From a virus, in IMG/VR virus record IMGVR_UViG_3300030102_006178, positions 1 to 64,000 of that record: DNA of 64,000 nt; one strand, 5' to 3'. Below the pieces are notes generated by a model, which worked only from the letters and a program-made list of their open reading frames with translations, was not told where the DNA came from and ran no database searches. Position numbers and translations under genes: made by a program. This document shows, piece by piece, positions 18,560-28,713 of the stretch. The first letter of the stretch is position 1, and each line of letters begins with the position of its first letter.

Positions 18560-21500
18560 ATGTCGATATATGATGATTTAGAAAATTCAGTACTAGAAGT
18601 GGTTAGGCTTATTGAAGAAGAATCTAACATTTCAGGCATGTTTTTGGGAACTCCAGTTGGGTTTGAGTTGCCTAGTGGTCTTTTTTTAGACGATGGAATA
18701 TCGTTCTCTGTTTATTATGATGATGGAACTTATTACGGACCAGACACCTTCTTGTCGGGAGAAGGGTATCCGATAGAGCCGCCAGTTATTGGCTGCACAG
18801 ACAAAAGTGCCATAAACTATGACCCTTCTGCTACACATGATTGTTCTGGTGTTGCCACCACTTTATCTTATAAAAGTTTTATCCTGTTGTTGGAGTGGGC
18901 CACAATACTAAATAATAATATAAGCAATGAAGCAACATTTCTAGAAAGCTTGGCTGCTAGCGGACTTGCCTACGAAGATTTAATTTTTGATAGTTTAGGC
19001 GATAAACTTATGTTTGCAGGACAAACTGCGAACATAATAAACATTATTAAAGACAACGACCTAAACATCCCGCCAGAGGAGGGAGATCCAGATTTATCCT
19101 GCTGTGTATATGACCAAGGTACAATACCCCAGGATGACGACCCCGGTCCTAGCGACGGAGGGGACCCTACTCCTCCAAGAGGCGTAAGTTCCGCCAAGTG
19201 TGAAGATGAAGTTGTCGAAGATATAGTAGTAGAGACTTACCAGACGTGTTTCCCGAATCCAAATGCCATAGTTCCTGTCTGGTACGACCAGCCAGAAGGC
19301 CAGGCCTTTTTGAACGAAAAGACTTGCGAATATTCAATAGTAGTCTATGCAGACCCACCGGATTGTAGCGAAGAGTACATTAATTCATTCATTAATCCAG
19401 CAGTCCAACAGATGTTAGATTTCTATAATAAAGAATCTTCTGTAACCTTTACCAACCCAGCTAACGATAGAGAGCTAGAGTCAACTTCACTAAGGTCGTT
19501 AACAGAAGGCGTTAACAGTCAGTTTTACCTAGAGGGGCTACAATTTGCTGGAACAGCTAGAGTAAAGGACTTCTATATACCACCCAGGCCTCTTGCAAAA
19601 ACAAGAATATTAGTAACGGTATCAGCGGAAGAATTTAACAGAATCCCCGAGAAAGATCCACTTCTAGTAGAGTTTACAGATATTTCAAAAAATGAACTTG
19701 GAGAAGGCCCATCGTTTGTTATGCTCTCAACCAAAGATATGGTTAGAGTTTTTGACATAGTTGCAAGAAGTTTCCGTTATTTTGAGCTACCATATGTTGA
19801 GTGGGGAGTCGCAAACGGGAAAACAATAAAGGGCCTTAACTTCGTAAAGGACGCAGACAGAATTGAGAAGTTCTATGGAGACTTAAAGGGATTAGTGGAG
19901 GAAAGCTACGACTCCATATTTGAGTTGTCTTTCGTAAGGATAGATTTTGACGATTCCTACAAGATAACATCAGTCCAGGCAATTGATAGACTTGGAGCTT
20001 CCGAGTCTTTGCAGAAATCCTTCTCCACCTTTTTGGAAAAGCCAATACCAAGTAATCCAACAATAATGGCCTACGTATCAAGGCTTCCCGACATCAGAGA
20101 CGACTTAATTTCAAGAACACCTCTTGACTGGTATGAGATACTAGAAAAGTATAGGGTGCCAACCATAGAAGAAGTTTATGCAAGTGACCTATCTTCTCCA
20201 ATTGGAGAGGAGTTTAGCGGGCTAAAGGTTTTATCAGATGCTGCGTGCGCGGAAGGCTCAGATAGTTTTGAGCCAAAGAAGAATGCTGGGGAGTGGCTAG
20301 GCGCAGAGGCCAAGTCCTTAGCGCAAGCTTTGTACAACAAGTTGTCTCAAAATCCCTGTGCGATTATCGACTCTAGAATTTTAGAATCGCAAACAAGAGT
20401 CGATACTGTGATGGAAGTTGTTGACATGTCACTGAAGGAATACCTTGCAAGCGACCGCATTATCAACGACTTGCCCGTCATGCTTGCAAATGCTGCGTTT
20501 AAAGAATCTAGTTTTAATGATATAACTAACTTATATCAATCAATGCTTGACAACCTCGGCTACTGCGGGTGGTTGGATCTGATCAAAGCAGTTCTAGATT
20601 GTGTCCTTAACGCACTTGGCTATGAAGATTCTATTGGAATTATTGTCGGCGCAGCTGTAAGAGGCATGAGCAAAGAAGAATTTGCTAAGTTTTTAGCAAA
20701 CCTGCCTCCTGAGTTGATCGAGATTATAAGAGCCGCAGTTTCAGAATCCGCTCCACAGCTACTACCATTTTTAAGTGGGTTTGTCCAGGTAGAAATAGTT
20801 GACGGAGAAGGGATTGTTGTTGACCCAGTATATGACAGGGATTTAGCCTACAGTTATTCTAGTGAAGGGACATATGTTGGCACAACAAGAGCTTTAGGGG
20901 AAAAAGGTCCGTGGTTCGAGGCTCCAAGCGGTCAGCCATCCCCGTCCGCTCAAGACTATGCAACTTTGCAGAATGTAGTTTATGATTTAATTGTCGATGA
21001 TTTGTTGAATATTGATATTCTTCTAGAAAAACTAGAGGCGCTGCCAGGAGCGGCAATTGCTATATCGGTTATCAACAAGGTAGACAAATTCTGTATTGCG
21101 ACTCCAAAATTCTATCCACCACTAAGGGACTTTATAAGATTACCTGGGATTAGTGTGGACTTGTGCGCTATCGGAGAAGGGTCGGTTGTGAGAGTTTTCC
21201 CAGGATCAGTAGAGGTTCCTAAACTAACCTTGCCTGGTATCGGCCAAACTCTCTTGCGCTCCCTTTCAAAACTGGCCTTACAAATACTAAAACTAGCCTT
21301 AATACTTGTTTTAAGAAGATTGTTAGAAATAATATTTGAGGAAGCTTGTAAAAACAGGACGCCAGGAGATCCGCTCGGTCTTAGAGAAGCCTTGAGAAGT
21401 AGGTGTGGAAACGAGATATCAGATGATGATATTAACAGAGCAGCAGCAGACATACTAAACTCTAACATAGGTTGCGTTGAAGATCCAGCTGCACTGGGCA

Positions 21501-24500
21501 GGTTTGTCGACAATGTGTCTTCTGTAATTACGGAGTGTGAATTTGTTGACTTAGTAAACGGCGTAGCAAGTCAGAATGTTTATGATTTAATTATACAAAT
21601 AATGAAGGTTGACCCCATCACCCTGCCATTGGTTGAGTGCATAGGAGACCAGGAATCTTTGACCTCGTTCTTCAAGTCTATAGGGGCGCTGGTAGATATA
21701 GAATCCCTTTGTATTGTAAACCCACAAGATCTGCCATTCGGACAATCTGTGTGCGAAGACTTGACACTTCTAGACCTGTTTAGAGATACGAGAGCACAGG
21801 CCCTTAGAGATAAGGGAGTTGATGAGGAGTGCATCAACGATCAATTGTGTAGACTAAGGGATCGTACTCTTAATGACTTAGAAGAGCTAATGGATCTGCT
21901 CCATGGTGGCATTGATAATATTCTACCTGACCTGATCAAAGATCCTGACTCTGGTAAGGAAGGTCTCTTGCCTCCGCTTCCACCAGCGACAGAAGAGTTT
22001 GCTAACTCAATGTTTAACTCGCTCATGGATGGTGTGGAAGCACAGTTTGCCGAAGATATAATTGGTAGAAGAGGCTTTATCAATATGTGCCTAGCAGATT
22101 CTAGAGGAAGAGGGTACATTCAGCATCTCAACTTCCAAAAGATGTTTGGTCCAAAAACATTTAACATATATGGCTCAAGGGGAACGCGAACTTATCCCCC
22201 TAGAGATGAGTGGGGGCCGGGAGCCGAAAAAAGTAGTCTTGAAGACCACAACAGCTGGGTGACTGGTCCAATAAAATACACTGAGGACGCTTCAAAATTT
22301 ATATGGCTGCCTTATTTGTTTAACCCTCTAAGCTCAAACGGCGAACAACTTGATGAAGAAAACGACGAAGGATCTGACGTTAATAATGAAGGCACATGGA
22401 AGGGCAGGCCCCCAGCCATAGGAGGTCTACCCGACAAGGTGTCTGGGTATCTCCAAGAAGACCTAGAATCATACGGTGTTATATTTAGCGAGCTTGGAAG
22501 CTATATCTTTGAAAAGCAGTGGACAGATTACAACACGGAAGATAGAGATGATTTACAGTTTATATTTAAGTATGATTATAGAAGCCAAATTCCTTTGGGC
22601 AGAACGCCATACGACTATAGCGGATACAGAGTTTCCGTAGAGCTTCTGTTAGACAAGAAAGATGGAGACAAGAAGATAGTATATGTGGCAGATGATCCCA
22701 TATTACCCGAAGTTTCCGATTACATCCAGTTTAATTTGCATAGAAATAACTCCGATGAGCCTCCTAACCATTGGGCTCGGTTTATGTATAGTAAGATAGA
22801 GAGAGTGCTAGACCCAGATGACGGACGGCATATCCTAACTTCTAGAGACACTTTTGAAAATACATTTAAGTCTGTGTTTAGAGCGAACATCTTTAGAAAC
22901 GCTAGTGAAGGGTTTGTCAACATGATAGCCAAGGATATATCAAAAAACACAATTTTTGATTATGGTTATAACAGAGAGTCAGTCCCAGAAGTGGTCTTCT
23001 TCCACTTAGAAGAAGGAGGCGAGTACGAAGGGGACTTAGCAGGAGCTTTGGCAAGGTACGGAGGCTCAGAAGGTAATCCTCCATTCTATATTAAGGAGCC
23101 ACCCTCCACCGGATTCCTAAAGGTGTCCAAGGCTATATTGCCTGAAATCAAGTTATGTGATGAAGACAATCCTTTGGATAGAGTAACTTTCCCGAACTAC
23201 AAAGATTTGACTGACTTGAGTAGCCAGATTATCTCCAAAGTAAAGGACGATAGAAGGCTTCTGGCTTGCAACGGCAACATACTAAAAGTCATAGAGCCTC
23301 CATTTGACAGAGCACTGCCAGCAGCCACTAAGGCACTTAATGAATCCATAATTTTTGCAACGATTAGGACCTACATAGTGGAGTTCATGTTAAAGTCTCT
23401 GCCTGTTTTTACTTTCATGAAGCCTAGGTATCCAGACAACTATACAAACCTAATAACAGAATATATTGTACAAGACATGGAACTCGGACTACAAAACACA
23501 GGAAGAGGATTTAGGTTTGTTAGAAACTGGCAAGAATATTACTGGCTCTTCTTGGAGCAAGTAGTGCAGTCATATAGCACCAAGCTAAAGAAGGGCATCA
23601 TAGACAGAAACACTGCTCCGCAGTCAGAGCTAGATGCCTTAGCATCTATTAAAGCAACTGTAGAAAGAAACTGGTCTTACAAGAGAAACGCGACAGATCC
23701 AAAGAAGTCAAGACAAGACAAAAAGGAAGCTTGGGAGAAGGTGTTCCTTATCGACTCTGTTGTGTCAGACGCCAAGGTAATACTACGAAGGTATGTTGGG
23801 GAAGAGTTCAATAGGATGATACCAATCTTAGAAGAAACCTTGCCTAAACTAGCGGCCACAGTTCATGATGTGAATAAGCCAGGGTTATACCCGATAGATA
23901 ACAAGGACGATTTAATTCTGCTGTCTGAACCCAGGCCAAAGCCATATTCAACTCTCCCAGGTGTTTATGAAGTTCCATACGTTGCAGGTGCTGTCAATAG
24001 GGAAGAGGCAGGGCCAGTTGACGTTCCGCCAATCTCCTTTATTGGCGCGGTGGGAACTCATCCACTAGATTTGCTAAGTGGCATTCCTTTTGCAGATAGA
24101 AACTGGCCTTTTGTCTTAGAAAGATATATTAAGGTAAACAACATAGGCCCCTCTAGTCACGGTCTTGGTACAATAATAAATATTTATGATTGGGAGGAGT
24201 ATGTAGCCAGGACTGGCATATCAGAAATACCGCCAGACGGTAGCTGGGAGTTTGGTATGAGACTTTCTTTTGTGCCGTCAGGAGGAGACGTTTTTGACAC
24301 CAAGATGAGATCCGAAGAATTTTCTACTGTTGAGGATATGAGTGATTATATTATTCCTGGCGTTGACTTCTCCGAAAAGGCTTACACAGAGACTTATAAG
24401 TATCTAATACCCATGGTTGGCGTTGAGGTTCCTATCATACCTGATGCTCCGGGGCAACTATACACAGCAGGTCTTTACAGTGACTATGTTCAGCCTTTAC

Positions 24501-24934
24501 TTTGTAAGCTGGTGGAGGAGCCAGAATACAAGCTAATATATACACACATTTTCCCAATAGCAAGGTATACATCTTTCTTAGGGGTGTACGTAGCTAATAC
24601 TTTTGTCCCTTCAATCGGGCAACTTAGCGATGGTTGGGCCTCTACCGTGGGTCAACAAAAGAAGGGAGGGGGACAGTGGCTAGGATTTAGTGCTGGAATG
24701 CACACCTGGAGAGGGAAAGAGGGACTTAACAGCAGTTACGAAAAAACAAAAAAGCTTTTGAGGCAGATTCTTGAGGCTTCTTGTAACACAAACTATTTAT
24801 ATAACGATAGAGAAGACGAAACATCACAGGAAAATTTTGTTAGAGTAAACAGCAGCGCTAACGATTTTGATCCAAACCTCAAGTGGTGGCAATGGAGTTC
24901 TTTAAGGCCAGCGCCCTGCAAAGATAAGGAGTAG
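18560..24934 (+). CDS. Very large (2124 aa) acidic, Cys-rich virion protein
   Basis: Uninterrupted ORF between the spike and gp25; GCTD..A.NYDP.A module near the N-terminus. Confidence 0.75.
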   Translation: MSIYDDLENSVLEVVRLIEEESNISGMFLGTPVGFELPSGLFLDDGISFSVYYDDGTYYGPDTFLSGEGYPIEPPVIGCTDKSAINYDPSATHDCSGVATTLSYKSFILLLEWATILNNNISNEATFLESLAASGLAYEDLIFDSLGDKLMFAGQTANIINIIKDNDLNIPPEEGDPDLSCCVYDQGTIPQDDDPGPSDGGDPTPPRGVSSAKCEDEVVEDIVVETYQTCFPNPNAIVPVWYDQPEGQAFLNEKTCEYSIVVYADPPDCSEEYINSFINPAVQQMLDFYNKESSVTFTNPANDRELESTSLRSLTEGVNSQFYLEGLQFAGTARVKDFYIPPRPLAKTRILVTVSAEEFNRIPEKDPLLVEFTDISKNELGEGPSFVMLSTKDMVRVFDIVARSFRYFELPYVEWGVANGKTIKGLNFVKDADRIEKFYGDLKGLVEESYDSIFELSFVRIDFDDSYKITSVQAIDRLGASESLQKSFSTFLEKPIPSNPTIMAYVSRLPDIRDDLISRTPLDWYEILEKYRVPTIEEVYASDLSSPIGEEFSGLKVLSDAACAEGSDSFEPKKNAGEWLGAEAKSLAQALYNKLSQNPCAIIDSRILESQTRVDTVMEVVDMSLKEYLASDRIINDLPVMLANAAFKESSFNDITNLYQSMLDNLGYCGWLDLIKAVLDCVLNALGYEDSIGIIVGAAVRGMSKEEFAKFLANLPPELIEIIRAAVSESAPQLLPFLSGFVQVEIVDGEGIVVDPVYDRDLAYSYSSEGTYVGTTRALGEKGPWFEAPSGQPSPSAQDYATLQNVVYDLIVDDLLNIDILLEKLEALPGAAIAISVINKVDKFCIATPKFYPPLRDFIRLPGISVDLCAIGEGSVVRVFPGSVEVPKLTLPGIGQTLLRSLSKLALQILKLALILVLRRLLEIIFEEACKNRTPGDPLGLREALRSRCGNEISDDDINRAAADILNSNIGCVEDPAALGRFVDNVSSVITECEFVDLVNGVASQNVYDLIIQIMKVDPITLPLVECIGDQESLTSFFKSIGALVDIESLCIVNPQDLPFGQSVCEDLTLLDLFRDTRAQALRDKGVDEECINDQLCRLRDRTLNDLEELMDLLHGGIDNILPDLIKDPDSGKEGLLPPLPPATEEFANSMFNSLMDGVEAQFAEDIIGRRGFINMCLADSRGRGYIQHLNFQKMFGPKTFNIYGSRGTRTYPPRDEWGPGAEKSSLEDHNSWVTGPIKYTEDASKFIWLPYLFNPLSSNGEQLDEENDEGSDVNNEGTWKGRPPAIGGLPDKVSGYLQEDLESYGVIFSELGSYIFEKQWTDYNTEDRDDLQFIFKYDYRSQIPLGRTPYDYSGYRVSVELLLDKKDGDKKIVYVADDPILPEVSDYIQFNLHRNNSDEPPNHWARFMYSKIERVLDPDDGRHILTSRDTFENTFKSVFRANIFRNASEGFVNMIAKDISKNTIFDYGYNRESVPEVVFFHLEEGGEYEGDLAGALARYGGSEGNPPFYIKEPPSTGFLKVSKAILPEIKLCDEDNPLDRVTFPNYKDLTDLSSQIISKVKDDRRLLACNGNILKVIEPPFDRALPAATKALNESIIFATIRTYIVEFMLKSLPVFTFMKPRYPDNYTNLITEYIVQDMELGLQNTGRGFRFVRNWQEYYWLFLEQVVQSYSTKLKKGIIDRNTAPQSELDALASIKATVERNWSYKRNATDPKKSRQDKKEAWEKVFLIDSVVSDAKVILRRYVGEEFNRMIPILEETLPKLAATVHDVNKPGLYPIDNKDDLILLSEPRPKPYSTLPGVYEVPYVAGAVNREEAGPVDVPPISFIGAVGTHPLDLLSGIPFADRNWPFVLERYIKVNNIGPSSHGLGTIINIYDWEEYVARTGISEIPPDGSWEFGMRLSFVPSGGDVFDTKMRSEEFSTVEDMSDYIIPGVDFSEKAYTETYKYLIPMVGVEVPIIPDAPGQLYTAGLYSDYVQPLLCKLVEEPEYKLIYTHIFPIARYTSFLGVYVANTFVPSIGQLSDGWASTVGQQKKGGGQWLGFSAGMHTWRGKEGLNSSYEKTKKLLRQILEASCNTNYLYNDREDETSQENFVRVNSSANDFDPNLKWWQWSSLRPAPCKDKE

Positions 24935-24937
24935 TAA

Positions 24938-25321
24938 ATGTCAGGTTTTTCGCCAAAGCTTCCTTTAACCCTAGACCCAGATGATGGCTATACCTTGACC
25001 AAAAGTCTTAAAGAATTAACGCACCAAAACTTCAAAATGCTAGTTCTTACAAACCCCGGAGAGAGAGTCATGGACCCGGAGTTTGGCGTTGGGATACTTT
25101 CATACCATTTTGAGAACAACAACCTACTCATCCAGGGCAGGATAGAGTCTAGAATCCAAGAGCAAGTCTCTAAGTACATGCCTCACATAAACTTAGAGCT
25201 AATAGAATTCAACTCTATAAATGAAAACAAGGACACGTCTGAGAATTTTCTAGGAATTTCTATATACTACAACGTTACCGGCATCAATATCAAAGATGTT
25301 TTGCAAATTCCAATAAACTAA
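24938..25321 (+). CDS. Baseplate wedge protein, gp25/GPW family
   Basis: QNFKMLVLTNPGERVMDPEFGVGI..YHFE; KYMPHI. Confidence 0.9.
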   Translation: MSGFSPKLPLTLDPDDGYTLTKSLKELTHQNFKMLVLTNPGERVMDPEFGVGILSYHFENNNLLIQGRIESRIQEQVSKYMPHINLELIEFNSINENKDTSENFLGISIYYNVTGINIKDVLQIPIN

Positions 25322-25328
25322 CAAGAAC

Positions 25329-25339
25329 ACTATTTAATA
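25329..25339 (+). promoter_or_regulatory. Putative late promoter ACTATTTAATA
   Basis: Motif in the gap before the gp6-like gene. Confidence 0.55.
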
Positions 25340-25360
25340 AAGAAGTTGGAGAACCGCTGG

Positions 25361-27154
25361 ATGTCCTATAGGAAATCGCCAATAAAGTATACAAGTAGAG
25401 ATTTTGATTCCATAAAAAGAGATCTCATAGAGCACGCAAAGAGATATTATCCTGACACTTACCGGGATTTTAACGAAGCTTCATTCGGCTCCTTGATGCT
25501 TGACACTGTTTCGTACATTGGTGATATCCTTTCTTTTTATGTAGACTACCAGGTGAACGAGTCGTTTTTTGACTCCGCTATAGAATACAACAATATTATT
25601 AGATTAAGCCGACAAATGGGCTACAAGTATAAAGCAAACCCATCCTCGTATGGAGAGGTTGCTATATACGCTATCATACCTGCAAGCACCACTGGGCTGG
25701 GTCCGGATTCTGCTTACATGCCGACTCTTAGAAGAGGCACAGAATTATCATCAACATCCGGTAACACTTTTATCTTAGACGAAGATGTAAAGTTCAACGA
25801 CCCATCAAACGAAACAGTTGTTGCTAGGGTTGATTCTACGACTGGCTTGCCAACATCATATGCAGTTAGAGCTTATGGAAGAATTGTATCAGGCTTATTC
25901 GGGGTAGAGAGTATAACAGCAGGCTCTTTTGAGCGATTCAAGAGAATTAAGCTTGCCTCTAACAGCATAACTGAGATCATATCTGTTGTAGATACAGAGG
26001 GGAATAAGTATTTTGAAGTTGAACATCTGTCACAAAACACAGTTTACAAGGAAGTTGTGAACAAGGGAGATAACTCAGATACTGTCCCGTCTCTTATACG
26101 GCCAATGATTGTTCCAAGAAGGTTTGTTGTAGAAAGAGAGCAAAATGAAATATACTTACAGTTTGGTTATGGCAGCGACACAGAGATCTCTACACCTTCT
26201 GTAGCCGATCCAAAAAATGTAGTAATAGACTTTAATGGCAGAGATTACGTTACAGATAAGTCTTTTGATCCGTATCGATTACTGCAATCTGATAAGTTTG
26301 GCATCGCTCCATCTAACACAACTCTCACAATAACTTACAGGACAAACACAGCAACAAACGTAAATGCTGCTGCTGGATCTGTCACCAGGGTTGTCCGACC
26401 ACTTATTGAGTTTGAAGATCGATCCTTGTTGCTAGAGTCTAGCATTAGTGATATTGTAGGTTCGCTTGAGTCGTTTAACGAAGAGCCAATCAATGGCGAT
26501 ACCACCCTGCCATCAGCTGACGAAATCAGAAGAAGAACGATTGACTATTTTGCAACACAAAATAGAGCAGTGACACAACTTGATTACGAATCCCTAGTGT
26601 ACTCCATGCCAGATAACTTTGGCTCCGTGAAGAGGTGTAGGATCATTCGAGATCCAGATTCTCTTAGAAGAAACCTAAACCTTTATGTGCTATCCGAAGA
26701 CTCTGCTGGTAAGCTGACCGCTACAAACTCCACAATCAAAGAAAATATTAAAGTTTGGCTCAATAGAAACAAGATGATCAGTGATACGATTGACATTCTA
26801 GATGCAAAGATAGTAAACATCGGAATAGAGTTTGAAGTCATAGCAGACGAGGAATCTAACAGGTTCCAGTTGTTGTCTGAGTGCGTCAGCACTGTTAAGA
26901 ATATTTTTGTAACAACCCCGTTTATTGGAGAGCCGCTTTATCTAACAGATATTTATAGTGCACTAAATAAGGTAGACGGAGTAGTTGACACAAAGAGGGT
27001 TGAGATAACTAGAAAGCTAGGGTCGAACTATTCGACAACAAAGTTTGACTTAGAGGAGGCCCTATCAGCAGACGGAAGATATTTGTCTGTACCGCAAAAT
27101 GTTGCTTTGGAAATCAAGTTTCCAGATACTGACATCAAGGGAGCAATTTCATAA
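25361..27154 (+). CDS. Baseplate wedge subunit, T4 gp6/baseplate-J-like
   Basis: YTSRDFDSIK..L; DFNEAS.G; YIGDILSFY.D; LSRQMGYK; TQNRAVTQLDY. Confidence 0.88.
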   Translation: MSYRKSPIKYTSRDFDSIKRDLIEHAKRYYPDTYRDFNEASFGSLMLDTVSYIGDILSFYVDYQVNESFFDSAIEYNNIIRLSRQMGYKYKANPSSYGEVAIYAIIPASTTGLGPDSAYMPTLRRGTELSSTSGNTFILDEDVKFNDPSNETVVARVDSTTGLPTSYAVRAYGRIVSGLFGVESITAGSFERFKRIKLASNSITEIISVVDTEGNKYFEVEHLSQNTVYKEVVNKGDNSDTVPSLIRPMIVPRRFVVEREQNEIYLQFGYGSDTEISTPSVADPKNVVIDFNGRDYVTDKSFDPYRLLQSDKFGIAPSNTTLTITYRTNTATNVNAAAGSVTRVVRPLIEFEDRSLLLESSISDIVGSLESFNEEPINGDTTLPSADEIRRRTIDYFATQNRAVTQLDYESLVYSMPDNFGSVKRCRIIRDPDSLRRNLNLYVLSEDSAGKLTATNSTIKENIKVWLNRNKMISDTIDILDAKIVNIGIEFEVIADEESNRFQLLSECVSTVKNIFVTTPFIGEPLYLTDIYSALNKVDGVVDTKRVEITRKLGSNYSTTKFDLEEALSADGRYLSVPQNVALEIKFPDTDIKGAIS

Positions 27155-28713
27155 TGGCTATAAAAAGATACTTTGCTTCAAAAGATAATACAATTACGAA
27201 CGCCTTAAAGACAGACTTGTCCACCAGGGCCACAGAGTCTAACATGGGTTTGGCTGACGTGCTGGAAGTTTTTTCAATTTACGGCCAAGCGTCTTCATCA
27301 TCCGGACTAACGTCAGAGCTTTCTAGAGTTCTTCTAGAGTTTGATGTATCAGACTTGTCAGCCGACAGAACCTCAGGCGATCTGCCAGCTAGTGGGAGTG
27401 TGAGTTTTTACCTAAAGATGTTCAACGCCAGGCATGGCCAGACCTTGCCTAAAAACTTCTATATGGAAGTTAAGGCAGTGACGGGATCCACAGCATGGGA
27501 AGAGGGCTATGGCCTTGATATGGAAGGATACACCGATACTGCTGTCAATGGGACAGGATCAACCTGGCTTAGTGCCTCGTCTGCAGATGCAGACGGCTGG
27601 ACTACAACTGGTGGAGATTATTCAAACCCAGATACCGACACTTCTTCATCCTTCAGCCAGTATTTTGATTCTGGTGTTGAGGACTTAGAAATAGATATTA
27701 CCACTCTAGTTGAGCAGTGGATTAACAGTGCTGGCAATGTTCTTGGATCTAAGACAAACTATGGCGTGGGAGTGATGCTTTCCTCTAGCCACGAAACAGA
27801 GTCCAGATCGTTTTATACAAAAAAGTTTTTTGCCCGTAGTTCAGAGTTTTTCTTTAAGAGGCCTGTCCTAGAAGCGCGTTGGGATTCAAGGGACCTTGAT
27901 AACAGAGGCAATTTCATTTACTCAAGTTCGCTCGCTACGGCAGACGAAAATTTAAATAAAATTTATCTATACAACTACTTCAGAGGGCAACTAAGGAATA
28001 TCCCTAGTATTGGGACAGGCAATATCTACGTAAGCTTTTTCTCTGGATCTGCGGACGACTCGGCTCCATCAGGGAGCGCTCTTGAGCTTGTGATTGACGG
28101 CACTCACGTTACCGACAACAGCCGTAATAGGGTTGTGACGGGCTCTTACTCGTCAACCGGAATCTACACTGCCAGCGTGGCACTAACAGCCGCCTCAGCA
28201 CCCTTAGATACAGTCTATGACGTATGGTTTAGTGGAAGCACTTCTATTTCCGACGCTGCAGGAGCATCGGTGCAATTCCACACTGGAACCATAACTCCTT
28301 CGACAGTCGATTCTTATGAGGTAGCACCTTCCGACAAGTATGCGACAAACATAACTAACTTAAAGAAGGTCTACGGAAGGACTGAGACTGCTAGATTTAG
28401 AGTCTTCACCAGACAAAAGGATTGGTGCCCGACTATTTATACAGTAGCCTCTAGAGCGGCAGAGGCTAACCATATCGAAAGCGGGTCGTATAAGGTGTTC
28501 AGGGTCATAGATGAATTGGATGTGGTTCCATATGGCACGGGCAGTGACCTGCATACAGCCATGAGTTACGATTTGTCTGGAAACTACTTTGATCTTGACA
28601 TGTCCATGCTAGAAGCAGGCTTTATGTATGGAATAAAGTTTACTTATTACAACAATTCGATAAATGACTGGGTTGAGCAGCCAGAAATATTTAAGTTTAG
28701 GGTTGAAGAATGA
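27154..28713 (+). CDS. Virion structural (baseplate/tail-associated) protein
   Basis: KDNTI, SRVLLEFD, WEEG.G, DITTLVEQW, KKFFAR, RPVLEARWD; [ST]GS-rich. Confidence 0.7.
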   Translation: MAIKRYFASKDNTITNALKTDLSTRATESNMGLADVLEVFSIYGQASSSSGLTSELSRVLLEFDVSDLSADRTSGDLPASGSVSFYLKMFNARHGQTLPKNFYMEVKAVTGSTAWEEGYGLDMEGYTDTAVNGTGSTWLSASSADADGWTTTGGDYSNPDTDTSSSFSQYFDSGVEDLEIDITTLVEQWINSAGNVLGSKTNYGVGVMLSSSHETESRSFYTKKFFARSSEFFFKRPVLEARWDSRDLDNRGNFIYSSSLATADENLNKIYLYNYFRGQLRNIPSIGTGNIYVSFFSGSADDSAPSGSALELVIDGTHVTDNSRNRVVTGSYSSTGIYTASVALTAASAPLDTVYDVWFSGSTSISDAAGASVQFHTGTITPSTVDSYEVAPSDKYATNITNLKKVYGRTETARFRVFTRQKDWCPTIYTVASRAAEANHIESGSYKVFRVIDELDVVPYGTGSDLHTAMSYDLSGNYFDLDMSMLEAGFMYGIKFTYYNNSINDWVEQPEIFKFRVEE

